Shown: positions 35,277 to 45,191 of the stretch, one piece after another
How positions within the stretch are numbered: position 1 is the stretch's first letter
Layout of the letters: every line of letters begins with the position of its first letter
NCBI GenBank assembly: GCA_041690395.1
Contig: JAWLHJ010000006.1
Span: forward strand, 262,530-326,529
Source of the DNA: Longimicrobiales bacterium
GTDB taxonomy: Bacteria > Gemmatimonadota > Gemmatimonadetes > Longimicrobiales > Gaopeijiaceae
Direction of reading: 5' to 3'
DNA length: 64,000 nucleotides
Program-made: the position numbers and the translations under genes
Notes under the pieces: generated by a model
What the model saw: the letters and a program-made list of their open reading frames with translations, nothing else
Database searches by the model: none
What the model was told of the DNA's origin: nothing

Positions 35277-36194
35277 ATGCTTCGCTCCGCGCTCACCACC
35301 CTGATGTTGGCCCTCGCTGTCACGATCCTCCCGTCGAACGGTGTCACGGCACAGGCCCGCACGCCCGGTCTCGGTCACGACGTTCCCACGTCGACCCGCG
35401 GAATGGCCTTGGGCGGCGCGTATATGATGGACGCCGACCATGCCGACGCGGTGTTCGTGCACCCGTCGCTGCTGCAGGGCGCCTCGGGGATGACGCTCGA
35501 CGTGCAGCGTTGGGGCTCCGCGTCCGGAGCCATGTCCGCGGCCGCGGCGACTTCCTGGTTCAACGGGAGCCTCGGGGTCGGCATTGGAGTCCAGGCGATG
35601 CAACACGGATTCGCCGCCGGCACCGGCAGCCGCGCCCTCGACCCGCTTTTCTCGTCGGCATCTCCCGGCGAGGACCCGGTGTCAGAGCGCGCTGCCGTGC
35701 TGGGCATCTCACGCACGTTCGGAGGCGTGGGCGACGTCGACTGGGGGTTGGCTGTGCGCCTCTCGGAGGAGCGCGTCGGCGTCGCGCGCCGGACGGACGT
35801 CGAAGTCCTCCTGGGCGCATCCCGCGAAGTGGGACCGGTCACGGTCGGCGTCACGTACCCGGACGTCGGCCGGAGCGTCTCGGATCTGGACATCGGTGTG
35901 GGAGCCTACGGCTGGGAGCTCGGTCCGCTCGACGTCGGGGTGAGCGGGCGGTTGGGCGGCTTCCACGACGAGGTGCGCGGCGGCGGGGGCCTCGAGGTGG
36001 GCTACTGGCCGGTGCGGGGTCGCACGTTCGTGGGGCGCCTGGGCGCCCAGGTCGTCCCGGACGGGAGCGACGCGAGCCCGTTCACGTTCGGCTTCGCCTT
36101 CTGGGGTGACGACCTCATCGTGGAATGGGCGTTCCAGCCCTTCGACGGCGCGCCGGAGTCCGGCACGCACCGCTTCTCCATCGGGTGGCGATAG
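35277..36194 (+). CDS. Putative outer-membrane beta-barrel (PorV/PorQ/FadL-like N-terminus)
   Basis: Signal peptide; '[10 protein letters not shown]...[12 protein letters not shown]'; alternating beta pattern; C-terminal 'HRFSIGWR'. Confidence 0.65.
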   Translation: MLRSALTTLMLALAVTILPSNGVTAQARTPGLGHDVPTSTRGMALGGAYMMDADHADAVFVHPSLLQGASGMTLDVQRWGSASGAMSAAAATSWFNGSLGVGIGVQAMQHGFAAGTGSRALDPLFSSASPGEDPVSERAAVLGISRTFGGVGDVDWGLAVRLSEERVGVARRTDVEVLLGASREVGPVTVGVTYPDVGRSVSDLDIGVGAYGWELGPLDVGVSGRLGGFHDEVRGGGGLEVGYWPVRGRTFVGRLGAQVVPDGSDASPFTFGFAFWGDDLIVEWAFQPFDGAPESGTHRFSIGWR

Positions 36195-36208
36195 CAGGCG
36201 GCGATCCC

Positions 36209-36386
36209 CGGGGACAACTGCACAATCGTGCAGGGCCGCCCAACCTCTGTGTCGCTTTGCCCCGCTGACCGGGGCAAAGTGCACGATCGCGGCCGTGCCT
36301 AGCGACGAATGAAGGTTTTTCCCCGCATAGCGGGGAAAAGTCACTATATGGCGCCGCAGGGATGCACGATTGTGCGGGTTGCCCCG
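36209..36386. repeat. Palindromic 61-bp-period repeat element (REP/MITE-like)
   Basis: CGGGG at 36209/36270/36331 and CCCCG at 36260/36321/36382; two internal hairpins; terminal inverted repeats sharing GCACAATCGTGCA/TGCACGATTGTGC. Confidence 0.7.
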
Positions 36387-36457
36387 CCGTGGCCGCCCCG
36401 GCCCGGGCCCGCCCGGCCGCGATCGCCCCTCCCTGCGCCCACCCGGCGGCCCTTCGG

Positions 36458-38434
36458 TCAGTGCCCCTCGACCCTGGCCGACAGGAAGGCCGGGTCGAGG
36501 CGGCTCAGGCCGATCTGGTCGAGCACGACCTCGCCGGCGGGCGAGCGGTCGAACACGAAGCGGATCTCGGCGAGCCGGCTCGGATCGAAGCCGGGCTCGT
36601 GGGCCGTGAAGTCCGAGAGCGGAATCGCGTACGTCTGCTGGATGATCTCCCAGTGCTCCTGGAAGCGTTCCCGCTCGAGGTCACGGCGGCGCATCACGTA
36701 CGTCTCGAGCGGCCGGCGGATCGCGCCGTACGCGCTCAGCGGCACGCTCGCGGTCCGACCGGCCGCGTCGGCCACCTCGATCGTGACGTCCACCGGGGGC
36801 GGGTCGTCCTCGTCGTCGTCCGGCGCATCGTCGGCGTCGGGCGACGCAGCCTCGTTCGCGCCCTGGTCGGCGTCCTCGGCGTCTTCCGGCGGATCCGGGA
36901 TCTCGTTGGTGGGAGCGAGCATGAACGTCAGCACGTGCTCATCGGTTACGTCCCAGCGCGCGCCCAGCCCCTCCGGGAGCTCGACGACGTAGCGGGCCGC
37001 GGACGAAGCATCGCCTCCCGGCCCGAACGTCCCCTCGGGCGTCGCCGCCTCGTCCGGCGAGCCGTAGCTCCACCCGACGAAGCCGACCTGGTTCTCCTGC
37101 GATGCCGAGGTGTTGTTGCGGTTGCTCGACCGGAGCAGAAGGTCGTCCTCGCTCCACGACGCGAGACCCTCGCCCCGGATCCGGACGCCCGGCTCGGTCC
37201 CGGACGTCACGTCGATATCCTCCTCGTAGGTGACCAGCGGCTGGAACGCGCTGGTCTCGAACCGCGTCACGTACATGGTGTTGGGCAGCCACTGTCCGAT
37301 CACCCGGTGATCCCGGAACATGGGTAGGTACCGCCGATCGTCCTTCAGCACGGTCTCGAGGAACGCGGACACGTACAGCTCGGCGAACCGTCGCTGGTCC
37401 TCGCCGGGCATGAGCGCCCTGAGGTCGAGGATGCGCGCGCTCCGGGGGCCGTTGTCGTTCGGGCCCCACACCGAGTTCCACTGCCCGTGATTCGCGCGGT
37501 ACACGTAGATCGCCGACTTGAAGTGGAAGTCGTCGGGGTCCGTGAAACGCAGCCGGTCGTAGATGCGGAGACCATGGAAGCTCGTCACGTCTCCATCGTG
37601 CGATCCGTGGAAGGTGAGGTAGCTGACGTCCTCGGTGACGACCTTCCGCCCGGTCGGGAGGTATTGGCCGTCGACCGGTGCGATGGAGATCATCCCGCGG
37701 ATGTCGTAGCCGAAGTCGAACTCGAGGGTCGCGTCGTCCGGATAGTAGTCCAACTCGTTGAAGGCCACGGCGTTGGCCACGGCCTCCCCACCCCGCGAAT
37801 GGCCGATGAGCGCGATGCGCTCCATGTCGACCAGCCCCTCGAACGGATTCCCGGCCTCCCGGTTGAAGCCCTCGAAGAGCTCGACGTGCTTGAGCAGGAA
37901 CCAGCCCCGGGCGTCGTTCTCCTGCTGGATGCCGCCGTTGATGAAGTTCTCGTCCACGCTGGCCAGGATGTAGCCGCGGCTCGCGAGCAGCTCCCCGAGA
38001 TAGTCGTAGCCGGGGTCGGAGAAGTCACGCATGTCGTGGTTGCCGTGCACGACCAGCACCAACGGGAACGGTCCGTCGCCGTCCGGATACCAGACGCGCG
38101 CGTTCAGCGGCATCGAGTCGGGGCTGAAGCCCCAGTAGTCGTTCCGCTCCTTCGCGCTGCTCCCGAGGTCGACCAGCTTCGACGCGTCGACGCTCGGCGT
38201 GGTGATCGTGACGGAGTCGCGGTACTCGGGCCGGTTCTTGTCGTTTCCGCTTCCGTAATAGAGCGTCCGGATGACGTAGGGGCCCCGTTGGCCGGGATCG
38301 GGAGCGTCGAGCACCTGCCTCGCGAGGACGCGGTCCGCGTCGCTGGGGACGAGCTCCAGGGCGGGCGCGCACGAGGCGGCCGCCACGGCGAGGGCGAGCA
38401 GGCTACTGGCCGGAAATCGTGTGTCGAGTCTCAT
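36458..38434 (-). CDS. Lipoprotein alpha/beta hydrolase (chlorophyllase/PAF-AH-like) with C-terminal beta-sandwich-like domain
   Basis: Lipobox AAASC; 'GPFPLVLVVHGNH', 'GYDYLGELLASRG', 'GHSRGG', 'DGDV', 'ANHGQWN'. Confidence 0.82.
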   Translation of the reverse strand: MRLDTRFPASSLLALAVAAASCAPALELVPSDADRVLARQVLDAPDPGQRGPYVIRTLYYGSGNDKNRPEYRDSVTITTPSVDASKLVDLGSSAKERNDYWGFSPDSMPLNARVWYPDGDGPFPLVLVVHGNHDMRDFSDPGYDYLGELLASRGYILASVDENFINGGIQQENDARGWFLLKHVELFEGFNREAGNPFEGLVDMERIALIGHSRGGEAVANAVAFNELDYYPDDATLEFDFGYDIRGMISIAPVDGQYLPTGRKVVTEDVSYLTFHGSHDGDVTSFHGLRIYDRLRFTDPDDFHFKSAIYVYRANHGQWNSVWGPNDNGPRSARILDLRALMPGEDQRRFAELYVSAFLETVLKDDRRYLPMFRDHRVIGQWLPNTMYVTRFETSAFQPLVTYEEDIDVTSGTEPGVRIRGEGLASWSEDDLLLRSSNRNNTSASQENQVGFVGWSYGSPDEAATPEGTFGPGGDASSAARYVVELPEGLGARWDVTDEHVLTFMLAPTNEIPDPPEDAEDADQGANEAASPDADDAPDDDEDDPPPVDVTIEVADAAGRTASVPLSAYGAIRRPLETYVMRRRDLERERFQEHWEIIQQTYAIPLSDFTAHEPGFDPSRLAEIRFVFDRSPAGEVVLDQIGLSRLDPAFLSARVEGH

Positions 38435-38552
38435 GCGCGGACACTATCCGCTCCGCTGGGCCGGGGCAATTCCGGGGTGACGGACCCGCGCGCGTGGGTT
38501 ACCGTTGAGCGCTGATCCCAGGGCGCGATCCTTCCACCGCACGGAGCCACCG

Positions 38553-39020
38553 ATGGCGAACCCCACCGTCACCTTCGAGACCAACCACGGCACGTTCAAG
38601 GCCGAGATGTTCGAGGACGTGGCCCCGGCCACCGCCGGCAACTTCCTGAAGCTGGCGCGCGACGGATTCTACGACGGCATCGTCTTCCACCGGGTCATCG
38701 AAGGATTCATGATCCAGGGCGGCGACCCGACGGGCACCGGTCGGGGCGGACCGGGCTACCAGATCGACGACGAGTTCGCGCCCGGTCTGAAGCACACCGA
38801 GGAAGGCACCTTCTCGATGGCGAACGCGGGGCCGAACACCGGCGGCTCCCAGTTCTTCATCACGCTGGCGGCGACCCCGTGGCTCGACGGGAAGCACGCC
38901 ATCTTCGGCAAGGTCGTCGAGGGGATGGACGTGGTGCGGAAGATCGGGAAGGTCGACACCGGCCCGATGGATCGCCCCCGCGAGGACGTCGTGATGGAGA
39001 AGGTCACCGTCGAGGAGTGA
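38553..39020 (+). CDS. Cyclophilin-type peptidyl-prolyl cis-trans isomerase
   Basis: SD GGAG; '[15 protein letters not shown]', '[17 protein letters not shown]', '[10 protein letters not shown]'. Confidence 0.95.
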   Translation: MANPTVTFETNHGTFKAEMFEDVAPATAGNFLKLARDGFYDGIVFHRVIEGFMIQGGDPTGTGRGGPGYQIDDEFAPGLKHTEEGTFSMANAGPNTGGSQFFITLAATPWLDGKHAIFGKVVEGMDVVRKIGKVDTGPMDRPREDVVMEKVTVEE

Positions 39021-39039
39021 GTTCGACCGGCCTCGGGCC

Positions 39040-41343
39040 TCAGCGCGACGGGGGCAGGCGCCCGAACTCGTACTCCTTCGGCGGCTCGGCACCGAGCAGG
39101 TGCCGCACGAAGTAGTCCCACCGGCGCCGCATCATGTACGGCTCGTTGCCGAAGCCGTGACCCCGGTTCGGTAGCAGGATGAGATCGAAGTCTTTGTTGG
39201 CCGCGATCAGCGCATCGACGACGAGGAGCGTGTTGTACACGGGCACGTTCGTGTCCGATGTCCCGTGCGCGATCAGCAGCTTTCCCTCGAGGTTGTGCGC
39301 CTGGAGCTGGTTGGCCTGGTTGTCGTAGCTGGTGGTGCCGTCGGCATGCTCGACCAGGAGACCCTGCCACTTCTCGCCCCAGTCGTCCTCGTAGTTGCGG
39401 TTGTCGTGGTTGCCCGCCTGCGACACGGCGACGTCGTAGAAGCCCGGGTAACGGAAGATGGCACCCGCCGCGGCGTATCCGCCGCCCGAGTGTCCGAAGA
39501 TCCCGACGCGGTCGACGTCCATCCAGGGGTGCCGCGCGGCGAGCTCACGGATGCCGGCCACCTGATCCGGAAGACCGTTGTCGCCCATGTTCCCGTAGTA
39601 GGCCTCGTGGAACGTCTTCGACCGGCCGGGCGTGCCCATGGCGTCGAGCTCGACCACCACGAAGCCCAGCTCGGCGATGGCTTGGAGGTCGCGGTGCGCG
39701 GCCCGGAAGCTCCGGCTCCCCACGCTCCCGCTCTGCGGCCCCGGATAGAGGTAGTTCACGACGGGGTAGCGTCGGGTCTCGTCGAAGTCGGTCGGCCGAA
39801 ACAGGAGGCCGTGGAGGTCCGTCTCGCCGTCGCGCGCCTTCACCGTGAACGGCACCGGCGGCTGCCACCCCGCGGCTTCGAGTGCGGAGACATCGGCCTC
39901 CTCCAGCGCCAGGACGGCGCGACCATCACGGTCCCTCAGCGTCGTGACGGGAGGCGTCACCGGGGTGGACGCGGCGTCCACGAAATGCCGGCCGTCCGGT
40001 GAGAGCGAGACCTGGTGGTTCGCGCTGTCGGGCGTGAGGAGCGTCACGCTTCCGTCGTCGAGCCCGACCCGGTAGAGGTACTCGAAGTACGGGTCGCCCG
40101 GCTCACGTCCGTTCCCGACGAATGTGACCTCGCGCCGGTCCTCGTCCACGTGGAGGATCTCCTTCACGTTCCACGCACCCCGCGTCACCTGGCGCTCGAG
40201 ACGGCCACTGTCGGCGTCGTAGAGGTACAGGTGCCCCCAGTCGTCACGCTGCGAGAACCAGAGCACCTGGCCGGAGGCCGACAGGTACCTCCAGTTGCCG
40301 CCCGACTCGTAGAAGGTCTCCTCGACCTCCTCGAACAGGGCGCGGACCTCCCCGGTCGATGCGTCCGCGATCTTCACTTCGGCCCGCTTATGGTCCCGGG
40401 AGCTCGAGACGAAGGCGAGTCGCGTGCCGTCCTGGCTCCACTCCACGTCGGCGAAGGTGCCACCGCAGTAGACGTGGTCGCAGACCGTGGACCGGTGCTC
40501 GTCGGGAGCCATGTCGAGCGGGATGACCCTGTCGCCCTCCGGTCGATCCAGGTCGACCACGATCCGGTGGATCCGGAAGATCACCGAGTCCTCGGGCAGC
40601 GGATACCGCCACGCGTCGAGCTCGGGATGCCCGACGTTCGTGCTGGTGACGTACATCATGCCGACGCCCCGGGCGTCGTGCCGGAACGTCGCGATGCGCC
40701 GTGAATCGGGGGACCACTTCAGCACGGGCCGGTCGCCGCGCACCCAGCCCGCGTTGTTGGTGGCGTACCCGAAGTCCTCGGTGCCGTCGTCGGTGAGGCG
40801 CATCTCCTCGCCGGACGCGACGTCCCGCACCCAGAGATCGTGGTCCCGCCGGAAGGCGGCCCACCGCCCGTCCGGCGAAGCGACCTCGTCCGAGCCGACA
40901 GAGGGTGGGTTCGCGACCTCCGTACAGCGATAGCCGTCGAGGTCACACCGGAGCCAGCCGGAGTCACTCAGCCGCAGGTGGGCGACCGCGCCCTCGGGCT
41001 CGAACGCCGTCATGGGGATCGTGAGGGCGTCGTAGGCGCGCCCGGTCGCGGCCGACAACGCGGCGGCCATCCGCTGGTGGTCGAACGCCCGTTCCCGCGT
41101 CCGCCGCTCCGGGTCGACGACTACATGCTCGACACCGCCCTCGATGCGGTTGCCGTACCAGAAGCGACCGTCAGCCAGCCAGGTGGCGTCGACCTCGCCG
41201 CGGAGGACGAGTGGCTCGACGTGCTCGGAGAGGAAGCGCTCCGCACGGGCGTAGTCCTGCGCGGTCAGTCTCTCGGGCGCGGCCTGGGCGGACAGGGACG
41301 ACGCGGCCAGGCAGGCCACGAGGGCGAACGACGCACACCGCAT
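39040..41343 (-). CDS. S9B dipeptidyl-peptidase IV family protein (exported)
   Basis: Signal peptide from ATG 41343; beta-propeller 'SPDG' repeats; 'GHSGGG', 'HGTSDTNV', 'GHG'. Confidence 0.92.
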   Translation of the reverse strand: MRCASFALVACLAASSLSAQAAPERLTAQDYARAERFLSEHVEPLVLRGEVDATWLADGRFWYGNRIEGGVEHVVVDPERRTRERAFDHQRMAAALSAATGRAYDALTIPMTAFEPEGAVAHLRLSDSGWLRCDLDGYRCTEVANPPSVGSDEVASPDGRWAAFRRDHDLWVRDVASGEEMRLTDDGTEDFGYATNNAGWVRGDRPVLKWSPDSRRIATFRHDARGVGMMYVTSTNVGHPELDAWRYPLPEDSVIFRIHRIVVDLDRPEGDRVIPLDMAPDEHRSTVCDHVYCGGTFADVEWSQDGTRLAFVSSSRDHKRAEVKIADASTGEVRALFEEVEETFYESGGNWRYLSASGQVLWFSQRDDWGHLYLYDADSGRLERQVTRGAWNVKEILHVDEDRREVTFVGNGREPGDPYFEYLYRVGLDDGSVTLLTPDSANHQVSLSPDGRHFVDAASTPVTPPVTTLRDRDGRAVLALEEADVSALEAAGWQPPVPFTVKARDGETDLHGLLFRPTDFDETRRYPVVNYLYPGPQSGSVGSRSFRAAHRDLQAIAELGFVVVELDAMGTPGRSKTFHEAYYGNMGDNGLPDQVAGIRELAARHPWMDVDRVGIFGHSGGGYAAAGAIFRYPGFYDVAVSQAGNHDNRNYEDDWGEKWQGLLVEHADGTTSYDNQANQLQAHNLEGKLLIAHGTSDTNVPVYNTLLVVDALIAANKDFDLILLPNRGHGFGNEPYMMRRRWDYFVRHLLGAEPPKEYEFGRLPPSR

Positions 41344-41445
41344 ACGGGGTGACCTCCGAAAACGACGACGATCCGTGGACGAGCCCATCGCGGGCACGCA
41401 AGGAAGGTCGGACCGCTCCGCGAGACCGCGCAAGCGGGACCGGCG

Positions 41446-41814
41446 TCAGCGCCTGGCGCTCTCCTCACGGCCCCCGCGTCGCCCGGGCTCGTCGCCGCCG
41501 CGGAACATCTCCTCGAGCCGACCGACCAGGGAGTCCGAGCCGGCCTCGCTCGCACCGAAGAGCCCGTCCTCACCACCCTCGGCGTCCATGCGCTCGACCA
41601 CACCGTGGAGGTTGAGCCACGCGTCGAACCGCTCGCTGCCGCGCAGCACCGAGTAGAAGAGCCGGGGCCGCCTGCCGCGCCCCGCGATCAGGTCGATGAG
41701 CATCGCACCGATGGACACGTTGAAGACGAGGATGTCCTTCAGGCCGTCCAGAGCCAGCTTGAGCTGAAAGATCGCGAAGTCCCTGAAGGTGACTCCCCTG
41801 GATGCGACGGTCAT
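41446..41814 (-). CDS. Hypothetical protein (122 aa)
   Basis: SD GGGAG; 'RDFAIFQLKLALDGLKD...FY...WLNL.G'; coherent codon bias. Confidence 0.7.
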   Translation of the reverse strand: MTVASRGVTFRDFAIFQLKLALDGLKDILVFNVSIGAMLIDLIAGRGRRPRLFYSVLRGSERFDAWLNLHGVVERMDAEGGEDGLFGASEAGSDSLVGRLEEMFRGGDEPGRRGGREESARR

Positions 41815-42010
41815 GGTGGTACAGCTCCCTGCGTTCGTGTTCGGGTCAGCGAATCGTCCGGGCTCTTGCCCGGCCCTTCACCGCACCCTACGAGTGAGCG
41901 GGAAGCCTGGATTCAAGACGACCCGTCGCGCCGGTCGACGCAGGAACCTTCCCCGAACGGGACCGTACGAGAAACTCCGCGCTTCACGCCTCTCACCGGA
42001 CGCCAGTCTC

Positions 42011-42877
42011 ATGACGCGTTTACTCCGAGCCGGCCTGGTGACGGGCCTTTCGCTCACGCTCGTGAGCGCTGAGCCGTCGGCCGTGCGCGGGACCGACGCG
42101 GCGGCTTCGGAGGGCGTCGGCGAGCTCGCCGGAAGCGCGCCGCGATCCGGAGCGCCGGCCGAGACCACGCGCCCTGTCTCCCGGGCGGCCGACTTCGAGC
42201 GCCCGGGCAGGCACGCCTTCTACTGGACGCGCGGTGCCTACTCGGACGGCGGAGGCGGCTGGGGTTGGGGGCGCCGGAACGCCTGGGCGACCGACTATCC
42301 GAAGAGCGACATCCAGTTCGTGACGGTCCTACAGCGCCTTGTCCGGCTCGACGTCTTCCAGGAGGAGAACGCCGTTCGGCTGGACGACCCGATCCTGCGA
42401 CACTTCCCCGTGCTCTACATGGTGGAGGTCGGTTACATGGACCTCGGCGACTCGGAGGTCGAGGCGCTCAGGGGCTTCCTCGATTCCGGCGGCTTCCTGA
42501 TCGTCGACGACTTCTGGGGTGCGCGCGAGTGGGCGGTGTTCGAGGACAACATCACGCGTGTGCTCCCCGACAAGCCCATCGTCGACTTGCCACTCGAGCA
42601 CCCCGTCTTCAGCGTCTTCTACGACATCGACGAGGTGAAGCAGGTGCCTGCGCGGGGACGTGGTGTCCGAGGCCGGCCCACCACGCAGTGCAGGGGCTGC
42701 GAGGCCACCGTCCGGGGCATCTTCGACGACGACGGGCGGCTGATGGTCATCATCAACTGGAACACCGACCTCGGCGACGCCTGGGAGTGGGCCGAAGACC
42801 CCTACTATCCCCTCGAGTACTCGACGTACGCCTATCAGATGGGCGCGAACATGATCGTCTACGCGATGAGCCACTGA
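42011..42877 (+). CDS. DUF4159 domain protein (copy 1, signal peptide)
   Basis: 'WATDYP', 'LR.FLDSGGFLIVDDF', 'HPVFS.FYDI', 'NTDLGDAWE', 'AYQMGANMIVYAMSH'. Confidence 0.85.
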   Translation: MTRLLRAGLVTGLSLTLVSAEPSAVRGTDAAASEGVGELAGSAPRSGAPAETTRPVSRAADFERPGRHAFYWTRGAYSDGGGGWGWGRRNAWATDYPKSDIQFVTVLQRLVRLDVFQEENAVRLDDPILRHFPVLYMVEVGYMDLGDSEVEALRGFLDSGGFLIVDDFWGAREWAVFEDNITRVLPDKPIVDLPLEHPVFSVFYDIDEVKQVPARGRGVRGRPTTQCRGCEATVRGIFDDDGRLMVIINWNTDLGDAWEWAEDPYYPLEYSTYAYQMGANMIVYAMSH

Positions 42878-42905
42878 TGCGGGAGCTTCGATACGGTGGC
42901 CCACG

Positions 42906-45191
42906 ATGAGCAGTCTGTTCGAGCTCCTCTTCAAGTACCGCCCGCTCGTCTTCGAGCAGGGCGACTTCACGTTCGCCGCGCCTGGAAACGTACGCGTGAT
43001 GGTCCTGGTCGCCGCGCTGCTCGCCATCGGCGCGATCGGCACCTATGCGCTGGTCCGGGGCCGCAGCACGCCCACCGAGCGGGGCGTCATGGCCGGCCTC
43101 CGTGTCGGACTGGTGGGGCTCGTGGTCTTCGCGCTTCTGCAGCCGACGCTGGTCGTCTCGACCGTGGTTCCGCAGCAGAACTTCCTCGGGGTGCTGATCG
43201 ACGACTCACGCAGCATGGCGCTGGCCGACGCCGACGGCTCGCCGCGGAGCGACTTCGTGACGACGCAGCTGTCGGCCGGGGAGGGCACGCTCGTCGACGC
43301 CCTCTCGGAGCGCTTCGTCCTCCGCTACTTCCGCTTCTCGGACGTCGCGAGGCGCGTGGGTTCGCCGGCGGAGCTCGGGTACGCGGGCCCACGGACCGAC
43401 CTGGCGACCGCGCTCGACGCGGCCCGCCAGGAGCTGTCGGGTGTCCCTCTCTCGGGCCTCGTGGTCGTGACGGACGGCGCCGACACCGGCGACCGTCCCA
43501 TCACGGAGGCCCTGGTCCCTCTGCAGGCCGGCCGGATCCCGGTCTTCACGGTCGGGCTGGGCGAAGAGGTGATCCGCCCGGACATCGAGGTGGGCCGGGT
43601 GGAGCTTCCGCGCGCGATTCTGGCCGGCAGCACTGTGCTGGTCGATGTCATGGTGACCCAGCACGGCATGGGACGGTCGAGCGTCCCACTCATCGTCGAG
43701 GACGACCGGCGGATCCTGTCGGAGGAGTCGATCGAGCTCGGTCCCGACGGGGAGCCCGTCGTCGCCAGGGTCTCCTTCCAGCTCGAGGAGCCGGGCCCCC
43801 ACCGCGTCCGCTTCCGGATTCCGCCTCAGGAGGGGGAGCGGGTCGACCGGAACAACGCACGTGAGGTGCTCGTCGAGGTCCGCGGGGAGCGGGAGAAGAT
43901 CCTCTACTTCGAGGGCGAGCCCCGCTTCGAGGTGAAGTTCACACGCCGCGCCGTCGAGGAGGACGAGAACCTCCAGCTCGTCGTGCTCCAGCGGACCGCC
44001 GACAGCAAGTTCCTGCGCCTCGCCGTCAGCGACAGCACGGAGCTCCAGTACGGCTTCCCCACGAGCCGCGAGGAGCTCTACCGCTACCGGGCCCTCGTGC
44101 TCGGAAGCGTCGAAGCGTCGCACTTCACGTTCGACCAGCTCGCGATGATCGCCGACTTCGTGTCCGAGCGGGGCGGCGGACTGTTGTTTCTCGGGGGCCG
44201 TGACGCTTTCGCCGAGGGCGGCTGGGCCGGAACGCCGGTGGAAGCGGTCATGCCCGTGGTGCTCGACCAGCCGACCGGCGGGGCCGACGGTTTCTTCTCC
44301 GAGGTCTCGGTCGGGCCGACGCCGGCGGGGCTGGCGCACCCCACCGTCCAGCTCGACGCGCCGATCGAGGACGTGGCCGACCGGTGGAGCGCGCTGCCAC
44401 CGCTCACCATCGTGAACCGCCTCACCCGGACCAAGCCCGGTGCGACCACGCTCCTGACCGGAGCCTCGCCGGACCTGACGCCGGACCAGGTGGTGTTGGC
44501 GTTCCAGCGGTACGGGAGGGGGAAGGCCGCGGCGCTCACCGTGCAGGACTCCTGGCTCTGGCAGATGCACGCGGACGTGCCCGTGGAGGACCAGAGCCAC
44601 GAGGCGTTCTGGCAACAGATGCTCCGCTGGCTCGTGGACGGCGTGCCCACGCCGGTGGCGGCCACCGTGGCGCGGGAGCGCGTCGATCCGTCGTCGTCCG
44701 TTCGGATTTCGGCCGCGATCGCGGACTCGACGTACATCGAGGTCAACGACGCCTCGGTCACCGCTCGCGTGACGACGCCCACCGGAGCCATCGAGGAGAT
44801 CCCGCTCGGGTGGACGGTCGAGCGGGACGGCGACTACGCCGCGGAGCTGCGCCCGGTCGAGGAAGGCGACTACGAGGTGGAGATCATCGCGGAGCGCGAC
44901 GGTGTCCCGATGGGCTCGTCACGAACCTACTTCCGGGCGGGTCCGGGCGACGACGAGTTCTTCGGCGCCGGGCGCCGCACCGCGTTCCTCGAGCGGATCG
45001 CGACGGAGACCGGAGGACGGTCCTACACGCCCGCGACCGTCGCCTCGCTGCCCGAGGACATCGCGGTCACGGGCGCCGGGGTCACGCTCGTCGAGGAGCG
45101 CGACCTGTGGGACATGCCTGCGCTCTTCCTGCTGATCCTACTCCTCATGGGCGCCGAGTGGGGCTTCCGTCGCATACGGGGGCTCGTGTGA
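42906..45191 (+). CDS. Membrane protein with vWA (MIDAS) and GATase1-like domains
   Basis: N-terminal TMs; 'LIDDSRSM' and 'TDG'; 'KILYFEGEPRFE', 'FVSERGGGLLFLGG', 'YGRGK', 'FWQQMLRWL'; C-terminal TM 'LWD...EW..RR'. Confidence 0.82.
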   Translation: MSSLFELLFKYRPLVFEQGDFTFAAPGNVRVMVLVAALLAIGAIGTYALVRGRSTPTERGVMAGLRVGLVGLVVFALLQPTLVVSTVVPQQNFLGVLIDDSRSMALADADGSPRSDFVTTQLSAGEGTLVDALSERFVLRYFRFSDVARRVGSPAELGYAGPRTDLATALDAARQELSGVPLSGLVVVTDGADTGDRPITEALVPLQAGRIPVFTVGLGEEVIRPDIEVGRVELPRAILAGSTVLVDVMVTQHGMGRSSVPLIVEDDRRILSEESIELGPDGEPVVARVSFQLEEPGPHRVRFRIPPQEGERVDRNNAREVLVEVRGEREKILYFEGEPRFEVKFTRRAVEEDENLQLVVLQRTADSKFLRLAVSDSTELQYGFPTSREELYRYRALVLGSVEASHFTFDQLAMIADFVSERGGGLLFLGGRDAFAEGGWAGTPVEAVMPVVLDQPTGGADGFFSEVSVGPTPAGLAHPTVQLDAPIEDVADRWSALPPLTIVNRLTRTKPGATTLLTGASPDLTPDQVVLAFQRYGRGKAAALTVQDSWLWQMHADVPVEDQSHEAFWQQMLRWLVDGVPTPVAATVARERVDPSSSVRISAAIADSTYIEVNDASVTARVTTPTGAIEEIPLGWTVERDGDYAAELRPVEEGDYEVEIIAERDGVPMGSSRTYFRAGPGDDEFFGAGRRTAFLERIATETGGRSYTPATVASLPEDIAVTGAGVTLVEERDLWDMPALFLLILLLMGAEWGFRRIRGLV

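Noticed and set aside
34758..35606. 354-aa ORF ending in IF-1, suggesting a fusion
   Set aside because: Upstream part is unstructured Arg/Pro-rich text overlapping plus-strand genes; IF-1 begins at GTG 34757.
36219..36375. TGCAC-N4-GTGCA sites as NtrC-type enhancer boxes
   Set aside because: Spacing is shorter than the NtrC dyad and the region lies between convergent 3' ends.
36193..36390. Calling a true CRISPR array
   Set aside because: Only two full, non-identical repeats, inter-repeat segments resemble one another, no leader or cas genes; kept as a repeat and finding instead.
36795..36900. Asp/Glu/Pro-rich tract in the lipoprotein hydrolase
   Set aside because: Looks like an ordinary low-complexity loop with no regular repeat unit.
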